Shown here piece by piece: positions 29,377 to 39,456 of a stretch of 64,000 bases of DNA. The position numbers and the translations under genes are program-made. A model generated the notes under the pieces. The model saw nothing but the letters and a program-made list of their open reading frames with translations, had not been told where the DNA came from and did no database searches. The stretch is from a virus. Location: IMG/VR virus record IMGVR_UViG_3300021963_007714, positions 45,029-109,028 of that record. One strand, given 5' to 3'. Position 1 is the stretch's first letter. Each line of letters opens with the position of its first letter.

Positions 29377-30231
29377 ATGCCGTATATACCCGGTGATGGC
29401 AAAATTAAAGATGTATTCAATAGCAGCGATGTATATGTTAATAACGTCCCTGTAGCATTATGGTTGCAAGCTGGAACCAGCTCTGCCTATGCCAATGTAA
29501 ATGCAGATGGAGCTAGTGCATTAGTAAATTCTAGTGTAGTTACCGTTACTAAGGGAAATACAGATAGTCTATTAGCACAACAACAATCTAATCCCAACGG
29601 ACCTAATAGTTTTTACAATGGTAATGCTGCAGCAGATGGTGTAAAAGGCAACTATAGTCCAGTTGAAGATGGTGTAGATGTGACACCTATAACAGGAACC
29701 ACCGGCACTACGACTAGCACTACAGCAACAACAGGTCTTTTACTACTTCTAAGAAATGTATTAGGAGAAGCTAGTAGAGGATTATGGAGAGAAACTGGAC
29801 AGGGAGGTGCAGCCAGTAACCCAAACATAACAGGTATATGGCCAAAGCTAGGATTCGGATCTGCCAGTCCTTGGAATACAGACCAAACAGCATGGTGTAT
29901 GGGCTTTGTAAATTATTGCCTAATGGCAAGTGGCAACAAATTTGTAAAAACTGCTTCTGCTGCTGCGATTACTCAAAATCCTGCTGCATGGGGTGCTGTA
30001 AGTGTTCCTAAAGATCAAGCTCAACCGGGTGATATTGCTTTTTGGAGTTATAGGCATGTGAATTTTGTCTACACAGCCGCAGGAGGTAGATACACATTTA
30101 TAGGTGGTAACCAAAGTCCTAGGGCTAGTAATAACCCTAACGATGGGGATGTTACGCAAAGTTATCCAAATGGCGCTCCTGCGAGCACACCTACCTGGAT
30201 AGGTTGCTATCGTATAAATGGACTAAAGTAG
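29377..30231 (+). CDS. CHAP/NlpC-P60 peptidoglycan endopeptidase (TIGR02594-like), probably virion-associated
   Basis: TAWCMGFVNYCL (catalytic Cys), PGDIA, HVNFV and GGNQS. Confidence 0.8.
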   Translation: MPYIPGDGKIKDVFNSSDVYVNNVPVALWLQAGTSSAYANVNADGASALVNSSVVTVTKGNTDSLLAQQQSNPNGPNSFYNGNAAADGVKGNYSPVEDGVDVTPITGTTGTTTSTTATTGLLLLLRNVLGEASRGLWRETGQGGAASNPNITGIWPKLGFGSASPWNTDQTAWCMGFVNYCLMASGNKFVKTASAAAITQNPAAWGAVSVPKDQAQPGDIAFWSYRHVNFVYTAAGGRYTFIGGNQSPRASNNPNDGDVTQSYPNGAPASTPTWIGCYRINGLK

Positions 30232-30250
30232 TGGCATAAAAGCCACGCTA

Positions 30251-30279
30251 TTGACAGAAGTCAATCTCTGTCATATACT
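30251..30279 (+). promoter_or_regulatory. Sigma70 promoter with overlapping palindromes
   Basis: TTGACA-17-TATACT, containing TTGAC-N4-GTCAA and TGACAGA-N8-TCTGTCA inverted repeats. Confidence 0.75.
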
Positions 30280-30311
30280 AACAACTTGTAAACAATTTAT
30301 AGGAGATTCAG

Positions 30312-30461
30312 ATGTATAAGTATGCTATTTGGGTTCGTATTAATCAGTTTCAAACCGCTAATACTTTTGTTTTTGCCAATAACGACTATGAGGCCAAAAT
30401 GCTTGCTGAGGCTCAATATGGTCAGGGCAATGTTCTTAACTACTCACGAGTGTCAGAATAA
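30312..30461 (+). CDS. Small protein (49 aa, not in the ORF track)
   Basis: MYKYAIWVRINQFQTANTFVFANNDYEAKMLAEAQYGQGNVLNYSRVSE; AGGAG SD and own promoter. Confidence 0.75.
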   Translation: MYKYAIWVRINQFQTANTFVFANNDYEAKMLAEAQYGQGNVLNYSRVSE

Positions 30462-30464
30462 TCT

Positions 30465-30857
30465 ATGAGCATGCACCTAGAAGGTCCTTGGCTTAGTACT
30501 ACCGGTAAAAGAAAGGGCAAATTCAAATGGGCTTCTGCCGATGCTAAACGTAGGCAGCAATCTTTAGAAAAAGAGTGGCAAGATCTAAAAAGCAAGTATA
30601 ATATAGAGCAAGAAGAAAAGAAAAAGAAACAGGCTTTATCTGCTAAAAAATTAGTTTATAGTCTTAAGCCACCACCTGGTAGAACTACTACAGACAATAT
30701 TAAGAGTCATGACAGCGGTTTAGGTAATGCTGCTAAAAAAGCTACCCCAGTATACACTGGCGATAATGTCATGGGTGTTACAATCCTACATAAGAGCTGT
30801 CTACAGCCGGTATTCAATCAACAACAAGCTATTGACGCTGCTTCGATGCGTAGATAA
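30465..30857 (+). CDS. Basic hypothetical phage protein
   Basis: C-terminal YTG...GVTILHKSCLQPVF motif. Confidence 0.65.
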   Translation: MSMHLEGPWLSTTGKRKGKFKWASADAKRRQQSLEKEWQDLKSKYNIEQEEKKKKQALSAKKLVYSLKPPPGRTTTDNIKSHDSGLGNAAKKATPVYTGDNVMGVTILHKSCLQPVFNQQQAIDAASMRR

Positions 30858-30886
30858 TTAGTAAGAGATGGGCTATAAATATCTCT

Positions 30887-31936
30887 ATGAGTAAATTCAA
30901 TGAGATATTATTAGCCTATCTGGCTTTATTAAGTGGATTAGCCATATCAGGTGTGGCTGTATACTATTCTGTAGTAGGGCTTACTGCTATATTTGCTGCG
31001 GCAGCGATTCCCATCATTATAATGGGGATAGCACTAGAAATTGGTAAAATTGTTGCCACTGTTTGGCTAAAACAGAATTGGTCTATATGTCCAAGACCTG
31101 TTAAAATATACTTAATAACCGCTATTGTTCTCCTAATGGTTATTACCAGTATGGGTATATTTGGATTTCTATCTAAGGCTCATAGCGACCAAAGTCTGGT
31201 AGGTGGAGAAATATTAGGACAGTTAGCAATTTATGATGAAAAGATTAAAACTAGCAAAGAAAGTATTGAAACCAAGCGCCGTGAACTTAAACAAATGGAC
31301 GAGGCAGTGGACCAAGTTATGGCACGATCGCAGGACGAAAAAGGTGCAGATAAGTCCATTGCTCTACGTAAAAGTCAACAAAGGGATCGCTCTCGTATTT
31401 CCTCAGAAATTGAGACCGAACAGAAAAGACTTAGTGAACTTAGTAATGAGGCCGCACCTTTACGTGCGCAAGTTAGGCAGGTTGAAGCTGAGGTAGGCCC
31501 ACTCAAATACATTGCGGCATTTTTCTATGGTGAAACTGATCAAACTGTATTAGAAAAATCAGTTGTCTGGGTCATATTGATTTTAATTGTAGTATTCGAT
31601 CCATTGGCCATAATCCTATTACTGGCTAGTCAAATCAGTTTCCAAAATTTTAGAAATGAAGCCACGACACCAGAGCCTGTAGAATCAATCCAAACCAATT
31701 TACAGCCCACAATCGAGCCATTAGAAGAAATACAATCGGTAAGTAACATAGAGTCAGTTGATCCTTGGTCACAGCCACAACAGTCTAGAACCAAGGTAAA
31801 TTTGCGTAATTTTAAAACGGGCGGATCAGTACTTACTGAATACTATGTTAATATGATTAAAAATGGTAATATGAAGACTGCTGATGTTCCATCCGATCTT
31901 AGGGAAGAGGTTGATGCCAGATTAAATGAAAAATAA
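30887..31936 (+). CDS. Multi-TM membrane protein with long coiled coil
   Basis: Three N-terminal TMs, a coiled coil and a VVFDPLA TM; TATAAATA 5 nt upstream. Confidence 0.7.
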   Translation: MSKFNEILLAYLALLSGLAISGVAVYYSVVGLTAIFAAAAIPIIIMGIALEIGKIVATVWLKQNWSICPRPVKIYLITAIVLLMVITSMGIFGFLSKAHSDQSLVGGEILGQLAIYDEKIKTSKESIETKRRELKQMDEAVDQVMARSQDEKGADKSIALRKSQQRDRSRISSEIETEQKRLSELSNEAAPLRAQVRQVEAEVGPLKYIAAFFYGETDQTVLEKSVVWVILILIVVFDPLAIILLLASQISFQNFRNEATTPEPVESIQTNLQPTIEPLEEIQSVSNIESVDPWSQPQQSRTKVNLRNFKTGGSVLTEYYVNMIKNGNMKTADVPSDLREEVDARLNEK

Positions 31937-32333
31937 GGTTACTTTAATTACACCTCCGGATATCTATGAAAACAGCAGCAATAGCGTCTTGTTTATCAAT
32001 GTTCAGGATAGGGACCAAGAGAAGATTACTAATTGGTTGAGCAATTCCGAATCAGAAGATAATATTAATATATATTTTTATAGCGGCGAGCAGGAAACTG
32101 AATGGTTGCTATATGCTTTATCTAGAGCAGACTTAACATTTTTTGATGTTGATAATCATTGTGGCTTGACTCAACTTCTTGCTGGTTATATCATTTCAAT
32201 GAATAAGGTTTATTACCAAACACAGCAAGCAGATATAGGTCAGGTCTATCAACATATCAATAGTCGTCGTGTACCGGACATGGATTTTTTCTTAAGCGAC
32301 GTTCTACAACCTTTCCATATTCCAAATAAATAA
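31926..32333 (+). CDS. Hypothetical phage protein
   Basis: 135-aa ORF with an LITPPD N-terminus. Confidence 0.6.
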   Translation: MKNKVTLITPPDIYENSSNSVLFINVQDRDQEKITNWLSNSESEDNINIYFYSGEQETEWLLYALSRADLTFFDVDNHCGLTQLLAGYIISMNKVYYQTQQADIGQVYQHINSRRVPDMDFFLSDVLQPFHIPNK

Positions 32334-32354
32334 TTTTTTGACTTAAAGGATGAT

Positions 32355-32591
32355 ATGGCGAAATATAAGACAACAGTGTTAGGCAACAAAGTTATTAGTG
32401 GAGATATGCCCTTTAACACGGTTTTGAAAAAATTCAAACAAAAAGTAGATGACTCGGGTGTTTTAGAAGAAGTTCGTAGTAGGATGTTCTATGAAAAGCC
32501 TACTACAGAAAGAAAAAGAAAAAAAGGTGCTGCCCGTGCTCGTTGGTTGAAAAAGTTGCGTAATCAAGAGCTGCCAAAAAAACTCTATTGA
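32355..32591 (+). CDS. rpsU: Ribosomal protein bS21
   Basis: LKKFKQKV...GVLEEVRSRMFYEKPTTERKRKKGAARARW. Confidence 0.92.
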   Translation: MAKYKTTVLGNKVISGDMPFNTVLKKFKQKVDDSGVLEEVRSRMFYEKPTTERKRKKGAARARWLKKLRNQELPKKLY

Positions 32592-32616
32592 CTTATCTCT
32601 TAGTTCATGTTACACT
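32588..32616 (+). promoter_or_regulatory. Sigma70 promoter (extended -10)
   Basis: TTGACT-17-TACACT with TGn; the ATG lies 5 nt downstream at 32622. Confidence 0.65.
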
Positions 32617-32621
32617 ACAGC

Positions 32622-32873
32622 ATGAACAAGAAACTTAAAATTACCTATATGCCTGGTGCCTTTGACAGTTTTGATGGGACTCAGGAAGAATTAGACGAAC
32701 TAATCAAACAAATTGAAGGCAGTGTAGAATCTGGAGAAATTTTAGAAAATAGCCAGCCTGTAGATTTAGAACGCATGGCTGAAGAAGATCCAGAATTAGC
32801 CCAATTACTAACTGAACTTTTTGAAAAACTAGAGCAAGAAGATATTGAAACTAGAAAGAGGAAATTAAATTAA
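32622..32873 (+). CDS. Acidic hypothetical protein
   Basis: PGAFDSFDGTQEELDELI; start reassigned to 32622. Confidence 0.6.
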   Translation: MNKKLKITYMPGAFDSFDGTQEELDELIKQIEGSVESGEILENSQPVDLERMAEEDPELAQLLTELFEKLEQEDIETRKRKLN

Positions 32874-33400
32874 TGGCTAAGCATTTAATGGTTGATATGG
32901 AAACACTAGGTGTCAGCCCTAGATCTGTTGTACTTTCCCTAGGCGCAGTTCATTTTGATCCAATGGGCGAAGGATATACAGATTCAATCTATTTTAAGAT
33001 TAATCTTGATGATCAAGATACTCTAGGACGTGAAATTGACCCAAATACTATTGAATGGTGGGGCAAGCAAGATCCGCTGATAATGGAGGAAGCTTTTGAT
33101 GAAAACGGAAGAATTGGCTTAAATGATGCTCTAAATCGTTTTCATAAGTTTGCCTGGGGTTGTGATGCTTTTTGGAGTCACGGGGCAACCTTTGACCTTG
33201 TCATACTAGAAGACATCTATAGACAGCTAAACAGACCTTTACCATGGAATTATTGGCAACTTCGCGATACAAGAACACTGTTTGATTTAGGATGGGATCC
33301 AGAAATGCCAAAAGATAATAAACATGATGCTCTACAAGATGCTATTAGGCAAAGTGTGGGTGTTCAAAACATTTATAGAAAACTAAATGAAAATAGGTAA
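32873..33400 (+). CDS. DEDDh 3'-5' exonuclease (DexA/Exo VIII/Rv2179c-like)
   Basis: HLMVDMETLG, GATFD, RDTRT and HDALQDA. Confidence 0.88.
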   Translation: MAKHLMVDMETLGVSPRSVVLSLGAVHFDPMGEGYTDSIYFKINLDDQDTLGREIDPNTIEWWGKQDPLIMEEAFDENGRIGLNDALNRFHKFAWGCDAFWSHGATFDLVILEDIYRQLNRPLPWNYWQLRDTRTLFDLGWDPEMPKDNKHDALQDAIRQSVGVQNIYRKLNENR

Positions 33401-33653
33401 ATTAGATCGCCGTCATAACGGGCATAATCAATTCAAATATTATGCTCGCTTTCTAACCTTCCAAATGGATCAGTTTTGTGAAGTAAGAAATTGGTGTTGG
33501 CAAACCTGGGGGCCTAGCTCAGAATTAGATACGATACGATATTTGGAATATGGCAGGGATTTAAAGTGGGCTTGGATCTGCGATCAATACAATGTTAAAA
33601 TATTTTTAGCCTCTGATAAAGAGTATCAATGGTTTACATTGAAGTGGAAATAG
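33387..33653 (+). CDS. Hypothetical protein
   Basis: WCWQTWG...FTLKW type small phage protein. Confidence 0.6.
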   Translation: MKIGKLDRRHNGHNQFKYYARFLTFQMDQFCEVRNWCWQTWGPSSELDTIRYLEYGRDLKWAWICDQYNVKIFLASDKEYQWFTLKWK

Positions 33654-33654
33654 A

Positions 33655-34509
33655 ATGAAAATTACCTTAGTATCAGATCTACATCTTGAGTTTAGCGACG
33701 TCAACCTTACTAACGAACAAGGTGCTGATGTCCTAATCCTTGGTGGCGATATTATGGTGGCACAGGATCTACACGATCATCCTGAACCTGCTAATGCTAT
33801 AGAGCGATCAATGATTGCTCATGGTCAAGGGTTGGGGCGTAGGCAAGAAAAGGCACAACAGTTTAGAGATTTTCTAAAAAGGGTCAGTTTTCAGTTTCCG
33901 CATGTAATCTACATTGCGGGTAATCACGAATACTATCATGGTAAATGGCCAGACACTATTCAATATCTACGTGATGAAGTCAGTAGATTTCCTAACATTT
34001 ATTTTTTAGAAAATGACGTAAAGGAAATCGATGATGTAATATTTGTGGGTGGTACTTTATGGACTAATATGAACAAGGGTGATAATACTACTATAAACAT
34101 GGTAAAGGCTATGTTAAATGACTATCGTGTGGTAAGAGACAGCAACAAGAATTATAGCAAACTACATCCACTTACCACACTAGGTAGACATCGTGAAACC
34201 TTGTCCTATATCAGTAAAGTTGTAGACAGTGACCCTACTCGTAAGTATGTGGTAGTTGGACATCACGCACCTAGTAAGCGCAGCACCAAACCAAAGTATG
34301 AAAAGGACTTTCATTTGAATGGTGGTTATAGCAGTGACCTAAATGAATTTATTGAGGCACGCCCTCAAATAAAATTATGGACTCATGGGCATACACATGA
34401 TTGCTTTGATTATATGATTGGATCTACCAGAGTGGTTTGTAATCCAAGAGGCTATGAGGGCTACGAACCAGATAGTGGTTGGAATCCAAATTTCACAGTT
34501 GAGGTATGA
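33655..34509 (+). CDS. Calcineurin-like metallophosphoesterase
   Basis: SDLH, GGDI, GNHE, HHAP, HGHTH and NPRGY. Confidence 0.92.
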   Translation: MKITLVSDLHLEFSDVNLTNEQGADVLILGGDIMVAQDLHDHPEPANAIERSMIAHGQGLGRRQEKAQQFRDFLKRVSFQFPHVIYIAGNHEYYHGKWPDTIQYLRDEVSRFPNIYFLENDVKEIDDVIFVGGTLWTNMNKGDNTTINMVKAMLNDYRVVRDSNKNYSKLHPLTTLGRHRETLSYISKVVDSDPTRKYVVVGHHAPSKRSTKPKYEKDFHLNGGYSSDLNEFIEARPQIKLWTHGHTHDCFDYMIGSTRVVCNPRGYEGYEPDSGWNPNFTVEV

Positions 34510-34715
34510 TAGCAATTAGACTTATGGACATAAAACCCAATGAGGTTTTAGAAATAGTATATCAACTTAAGCAACAGGGATATAAACAGGCTATAGATTT
34601 TGATTTTGCTCATTTTCAGGGAAAAATTTCTCTGGAAGGACAAACAAGAAGTTATACTAACTTTATATTTTACAATGAAAAATTAGCCACATATTTTGCT
34701 TTGAGATATAAATGA
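34506..34715 (+). CDS. Hypothetical protein
   Basis: 69 aa, ATGA-coupled. Confidence 0.55.
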   Translation: MIAIRLMDIKPNEVLEIVYQLKQQGYKQAIDFDFAHFQGKISLEGQTRSYTNFIFYNEKLATYFALRYK

Positions 34716-34993
34716 GATCAAATAAAGAAGAATACTATGAAGAATGGTGCGAGCGTGCTCGAATTTATGAATATGAAATAGCAAAAAATAAGACCACCAA
34801 AAACTATGATATAGAGATTATTTTGGAAGAAATGACGTCTCGTCTATTGTCCAAAATGCTACATCCACTCTTTGACATGATTAAAGATGATAACCTTAAA
34901 AATTATGATGGTGATAAGTCTAGAGCAGAATATAAAAAACTATATTTGGATAAAGTGGGTCCTGTGGCAGATCACATACAGCTAGATAGTTAA
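34712..34993 (+). CDS. Hypothetical protein
   Basis: 93-aa ORF. Confidence 0.5.
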   Translation: MRSNKEEYYEEWCERARIYEYEIAKNKTTKNYDIEIILEEMTSRLLSKMLHPLFDMIKDDNLKNYDGDKSRAEYKKLYLDKVGPVADHIQLDS

Positions 34994-35004
34994 TTTGAAA
35001 GTTC

Positions 35005-35033
35005 TTGACCTAATAGCCAATGGCTGTTATACT
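35005..35033 (+). promoter_or_regulatory. Sigma70 promoter (extended -10)
   Basis: TTGACC-17-TATACT with TGn. Confidence 0.7.
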
Positions 35034-35063
35034 AGCTTTTCCTACAACTTTTAGAGATTACCA

Positions 35064-36188
35064 ATGAAACTATTAACTTCAACATCTAATCTTTCTTACG
35101 CAGACAAGATTAACAAACAGTTTTATAAAAGTATTTCACAATATGTTACAATACCTGATAGATTATCCCAAACTATAGGTAGTGATACTTATTATCAGTC
35201 ATTGTTGGCAGATGCCATTGAGGAATTTAAACTTCGTAATCCACAATTGCAAACATGGTCTGATCTTAAATTATGTAGATCTGAATTAGTTACATTGGAT
35301 AAGATAGTTATTGACATTACACTACAGAGAATGTTGATGATTATTCATGCTCTTAACATATTAGATAGATTTAAGGCCATTAAGGTAATGCCCATATCTG
35401 TATATGTAGATCCACTAGCTCCTGGAAAGTATGTGTGTTGGGATGGTCAGCACACTGCTGTGGTTTTATACATCATTTGTAAGATCCTTGGGGCAGATAT
35501 TTCAAAATGTCTTGTACCTGTAAACATTTATCAAAGTTCTCTCAAAAGTGAAATGCGCGAAAACTTTATGGTATTGAATGGTGACGCTAAATTTCCTTTG
35601 GATCAAATTGATAAATTTCACCAAATGGTTTTTGGTGTGAGAACAGACAATTCAACAATCCCTTCATGGGTCATAGCCGAAGAAAAACAACAAGCACTGG
35701 AATCAGTGGGAATGTTTGCTACAAACAATAAGTTTGGGGATACTGATGAGCCAGGTGCCTTATCAAGACTTGACGAACTTATGGATCCTAAGTATAATAT
35801 AGACGTAACAATAAACTTCTGTAAATACTTTTCAGCAATTTGTAAGAGCAGTAGGCCGGTTCAACCAAAAGAGTGCTGGTTATTTTATGATTTCTTTAGA
35901 CAGTGCCAAATTGAAAAAATTACAGTTGATGATCACTATATAAATGATATTGCTAGCTCTTTGAAATTAGCATTTAACGGAGATTTTGATTCAATTGCCA
36001 TGTTAGCTAGAGCTAAAACTGCCTACAGAGATTACTATGAAAGTCTACATGGAAGCCTTTTAGGGATTCGATATCCAGAAAAATCTATGGGGTTAACGTT
36101 CCTTATTAAGCAGATTTCTAAGTATTCCAATAAGCCCTTGCCAAAAGGTCCTCAACACTGGCCTGTCCAATCTGATTTCTTGTTTTAA
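35064..36188 (+). CDS. ParB/Srx-like (DGQH-type) domain protein
   Basis: IDITLQR, PISVY and YVCWDGQHT motifs, plus F..LN. Confidence 0.65.
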   Translation: MKLLTSTSNLSYADKINKQFYKSISQYVTIPDRLSQTIGSDTYYQSLLADAIEEFKLRNPQLQTWSDLKLCRSELVTLDKIVIDITLQRMLMIIHALNILDRFKAIKVMPISVYVDPLAPGKYVCWDGQHTAVVLYIICKILGADISKCLVPVNIYQSSLKSEMRENFMVLNGDAKFPLDQIDKFHQMVFGVRTDNSTIPSWVIAEEKQQALESVGMFATNNKFGDTDEPGALSRLDELMDPKYNIDVTINFCKYFSAICKSSRPVQPKECWLFYDFFRQCQIEKITVDDHYINDIASSLKLAFNGDFDSIAMLARAKTAYRDYYESLHGSLLGIRYPEKSMGLTFLIKQISKYSNKPLPKGPQHWPVQSDFLF

Positions 36189-36190
36189 TC

Positions 36191-36640
36191 ATGTTTAGAC
36201 TACCAGAAGATGACAAAAGGAAGTCACTTACTAAAATTAGAAATCAACAAAGATTAAAACTTCTTTGTTGTATAGATAAGTGTGGTTCCCCGGTTAGTTT
36301 TTGGACAGGGCCGGGGTCTGATAAACTATGCCGTCGTCACCAAATCATGCAAAGGGAATATGGCGGCATGGGCAGATATGATAGGCCTCATACATTTCAT
36401 AGAAGCTGGATTTGTTCGAATTGTAAAACTAATATCTTAGAAGATTCTAGAATTTTAGAAAGTGGATTAGATGAAAAGGATCAACATGCAGTCGCCAGAA
36501 TATTAATGCACGGAGATCATAAGATTCGTCCAGTCGATGGGGGAGATAATTCTGCGGAAAATGTGAATAGTTTGTGTCAGGTATGTCACGCAATTAAAAC
36601 TATAAAATCCAAAGATCATATAAGGAGTCCGTCAATTTGA
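36191..36640 (+). CDS. Zn-binding HNH endonuclease
   Basis: CSNC...DHK...DGGDNSAENVNSLCQVCHAIKT. Confidence 0.85.
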   Translation: MFRLPEDDKRKSLTKIRNQQRLKLLCCIDKCGSPVSFWTGPGSDKLCRRHQIMQREYGGMGRYDRPHTFHRSWICSNCKTNILEDSRILESGLDEKDQHAVARILMHGDHKIRPVDGGDNSAENVNSLCQVCHAIKTIKSKDHIRSPSI

Positions 36641-36717
36641 TAAATAAATTTATAATAGACCTAATGGCTATTATATGGGCATAAGCCAAATTACTCACTT
36701 AATAAGGAGAAAAGATT

Positions 36718-38613
36718 ATGAGTAAAGTCATCGGTATCGATCTTGGTACCACCAATAGCTGCGTGGCAGTCATCGAAAATGGAAATCCCCGTGTAATTGA
36801 AAATTCAGAAGGTGCTAGGACTACACCTAGTATAATTGCCTACGGCGATGAAATCCTTGTAGGAGCTCCTGCTAAACGACAGGCAGTTACTAACCCAAAA
36901 AACACAATCTATGCCAGTAAACGTTTGATTGGTCGAAAATTCAAAGAAGAGGCTGTTCAAAAAGATATTGATCTTATGCCATATAAAATCATTGAGGCAG
37001 ACAATGGCGATGCTTGGGTAGAGGCACATGATCAAAAATTAGCGCCTCCACAGATTTCTGCAGAAGTCCTGCGTAAAATGAAAAAAACAGCAGAAGATCA
37101 TTTAGGCCATGAAGTTACACAAGCAGTGATTACGGTACCTGCTTATTTCAACGACAGTCAACGTCAAGCAACCAAAGATGCTGGTCGTATTGCTGGACTA
37201 GAAGTTCTGCGTATTATCAATGAGCCTACTGCGGCTGCTCTTGCCTATGGTGTGGACAAGACGGACAAAAAAGATCGTAAGGTCGCTGTATACGATCTAG
37301 GTGGTGGTACATTTGATATTTCTATTATTGAAATAGCCAATATAGATAACGACAAACAGATTGAAGTTTTAAGTACCAATGGTGATACATTTTTAGGTGG
37401 TGAGGATTTTGATCAACGTATTATGGACTATCTGGTATCTGAGTTCAAAAAAGAACAAGGTGTAGACCTTACAAAGGATGTTTTGGCACTCCAGCGTTTA
37501 AAGGAAGCAGCTGAAAAAGCTAAGATTGAATTAAGTAATAGCAGTCAAACCACCGTAAATTTACCATATGTTACGGCAGACGCAAGCGGACCTAAACATT
37601 TGAACATTAGTATAACCAGAGCTAAATTAGAAAGTCTGGTAGATGAATTAATCCAACGTAGTATTCAACCTTGTCGTACAGCAATGACTGATGCTGGTGT
37701 TCAACCCAGTGATATTGATGAAGTAATCTTAGTCGGTGGTATGACTCGTATGCCTAAAGTTCAACAAGCAGTTGAAGAGCTGTTTGGAAAGGCACCACGT
37801 AAAGATGTCAATCCAGACGAAGCAGTAGCAGTAGGTGCTGCTATTCAAGGCGCTGTTCTTGTAGGGGATCGTAAGGATGTCCTATTATTAGATGTTACAC
37901 CATTGAGTTTAGGTATTGAAACTCAGGGCGGTGTAATGAGCAAGGTAATTAAGAAAAATACAACTATTCCAACTAAGACAAGTGAAATTTTCAGTACTGC
38001 TCAGGATAATCAACCAGCGGTAACTATTAAGGTATACCAAGGAGAAAGAGAACTAGTTGTTTATAACAAATTGCTAGGTGAATTCAATCTAGGTGATATT
38101 GATCCTCAACCCCGTGGGTTACCTCAAATCGAAGTTACTTTTGATATTGATGCTAATGGTATCTTAAAAGTCAGTGCTAAAGATAAAAAGACCAATAAAG
38201 AAGCAGAAATTACTATTAAATCTAGCAGTGGATTGAGCGAGTCTGAAATTCAACGTATGGTAAAAGATGCTGAAGACAATGCAGAATCTGATAAAAAACA
38301 GCGTGAACTAATTGATGCTAAAAATCAAGCAGAAGGACAACTCTATGCCACTAGAAAAACTCTCAGTGAAGTAGAGGAAAAATTAAGTCAGGAAGATAAA
38401 GATAAAATCACTGCTGCTATTAAAGATCTAGAAACTGCTATGTCTGAGTCAGATATGGAAGCAATTAAGACAAAAACAATGGATCTCACTAATGCCATGT
38501 TGCCGGCAATTAATGCCAAACAGGCTGCTGATAAAGAGAAACAGGAAAAACCAGCTACAGACAACAAAGACAAGGATGTAGTTGACGCAGAATTTACTGA
38601 AGTCAAAAACTGA
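36718..38613 (+). CDS. dnaK: Chaperone DnaK (Hsp70)
   Basis: [33 protein letters not shown] and C-terminal VVDAEFTEV. Confidence 0.98.
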   Translation: MSKVIGIDLGTTNSCVAVIENGNPRVIENSEGARTTPSIIAYGDEILVGAPAKRQAVTNPKNTIYASKRLIGRKFKEEAVQKDIDLMPYKIIEADNGDAWVEAHDQKLAPPQISAEVLRKMKKTAEDHLGHEVTQAVITVPAYFNDSQRQATKDAGRIAGLEVLRIINEPTAAALAYGVDKTDKKDRKVAVYDLGGGTFDISIIEIANIDNDKQIEVLSTNGDTFLGGEDFDQRIMDYLVSEFKKEQGVDLTKDVLALQRLKEAAEKAKIELSNSSQTTVNLPYVTADASGPKHLNISITRAKLESLVDELIQRSIQPCRTAMTDAGVQPSDIDEVILVGGMTRMPKVQQAVEELFGKAPRKDVNPDEAVAVGAAIQGAVLVGDRKDVLLLDVTPLSLGIETQGGVMSKVIKKNTTIPTKTSEIFSTAQDNQPAVTIKVYQGERELVVYNKLLGEFNLGDIDPQPRGLPQIEVTFDIDANGILKVSAKDKKTNKEAEITIKSSSGLSESEIQRMVKDAEDNAESDKKQRELIDAKNQAEGQLYATRKTLSEVEEKLSQEDKDKITAAIKDLETAMSESDMEAIKTKTMDLTNAMLPAINAKQAADKEKQEKPATDNKDKDVVDAEFTEVKN

Positions 38614-38678
38614 TTTTAGTAATACACTAGGGGTACCTTATAGGGCCCCACTTATCTTACTTTTTAAGGAGAAATTTT

Positions 38679-39110
38679 ATGACACAAGTAGTACGTTTTG
38701 ATACAAATGCTTTAAACAGAGCCCTTTTAGGCTTTGACACATTGTTTAATGACTTTGAAAGACGTTTTCAAAATCAAATCAATAATAATTATCCACCATA
38801 TAATGTAATTAAAACACAAGAAAATCATTATGAATTACAGGTCGCTGTAACAGGGTTTGATAAATCTGAAATTACAGTAGAAGTAGATAATGATCAACTG
38901 ATCGTAAAGGGTCAAAGTATGACCACAGAGTATCCACCCGAAGCTTATCTTCACAGGGGACTGGCATCCAGGGACTTTACTAGAGTTTGGCCTTTGGCTG
39001 AACATATTGAAGTTGGTGATGCTAAAATTAAAAACGGTGTTTTGACTATCAATCTGGAAAGAATCGTTCCAGATTCAATGAAACCTCGTGTAGTCACAAT
39101 CAAAGAGTAA
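38679..39110 (+). CDS. Small heat-shock protein (Hsp20/IbpA family)
   Basis: NYPPYNV, AVTGF, YLHRGLASRDF and NGVLTI. Confidence 0.95.
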   Translation: MTQVVRFDTNALNRALLGFDTLFNDFERRFQNQINNNYPPYNVIKTQENHYELQVAVTGFDKSEITVEVDNDQLIVKGQSMTTEYPPEAYLHRGLASRDFTRVWPLAEHIEVGDAKIKNGVLTINLERIVPDSMKPRVVTIKE

Positions 39111-39153
39111 TCAATAGGGGGCTTGTCCCCCTTCATTAACTATAAATATTATT

Positions 39154-39456
39154 ATGTCAATAACTGATGTTATACTAGAAACCACTACCTCTGATAAAAT
39201 CAAAGTCCCAAAAAAATATAAAGTTATATTTTGTAATGACAATGTAACACCTGTTGAATTTGTGGTAGCAGTGTTAATGAGTGTGTTCAAACATGAACAA
39301 AATGCTGCCATGGAAATCACACTAAAGGTCCATAATGAAGGCAGTGCTGTAGCGGGTATCTATAGCTACGAAATAGCAGAACAAAAAAGTATTGATGTAA
39401 TGGCATTAGCTCGATCAAATGGATATCCCCTACAGGTCAAAGTAGAGGCAGAATGA
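39154..39456 (+). CDS. clpS: ClpS N-degron adaptor
   Basis: YKVIFCNDNVTPVEFVV, VHNEGSAV, EIAEQK and YPL. Confidence 0.93.
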   Translation: MSITDVILETTTSDKIKVPKKYKVIFCNDNVTPVEFVVAVLMSVFKHEQNAAMEITLKVHNEGSAVAGIYSYEIAEQKSIDVMALARSNGYPLQVKVEAE

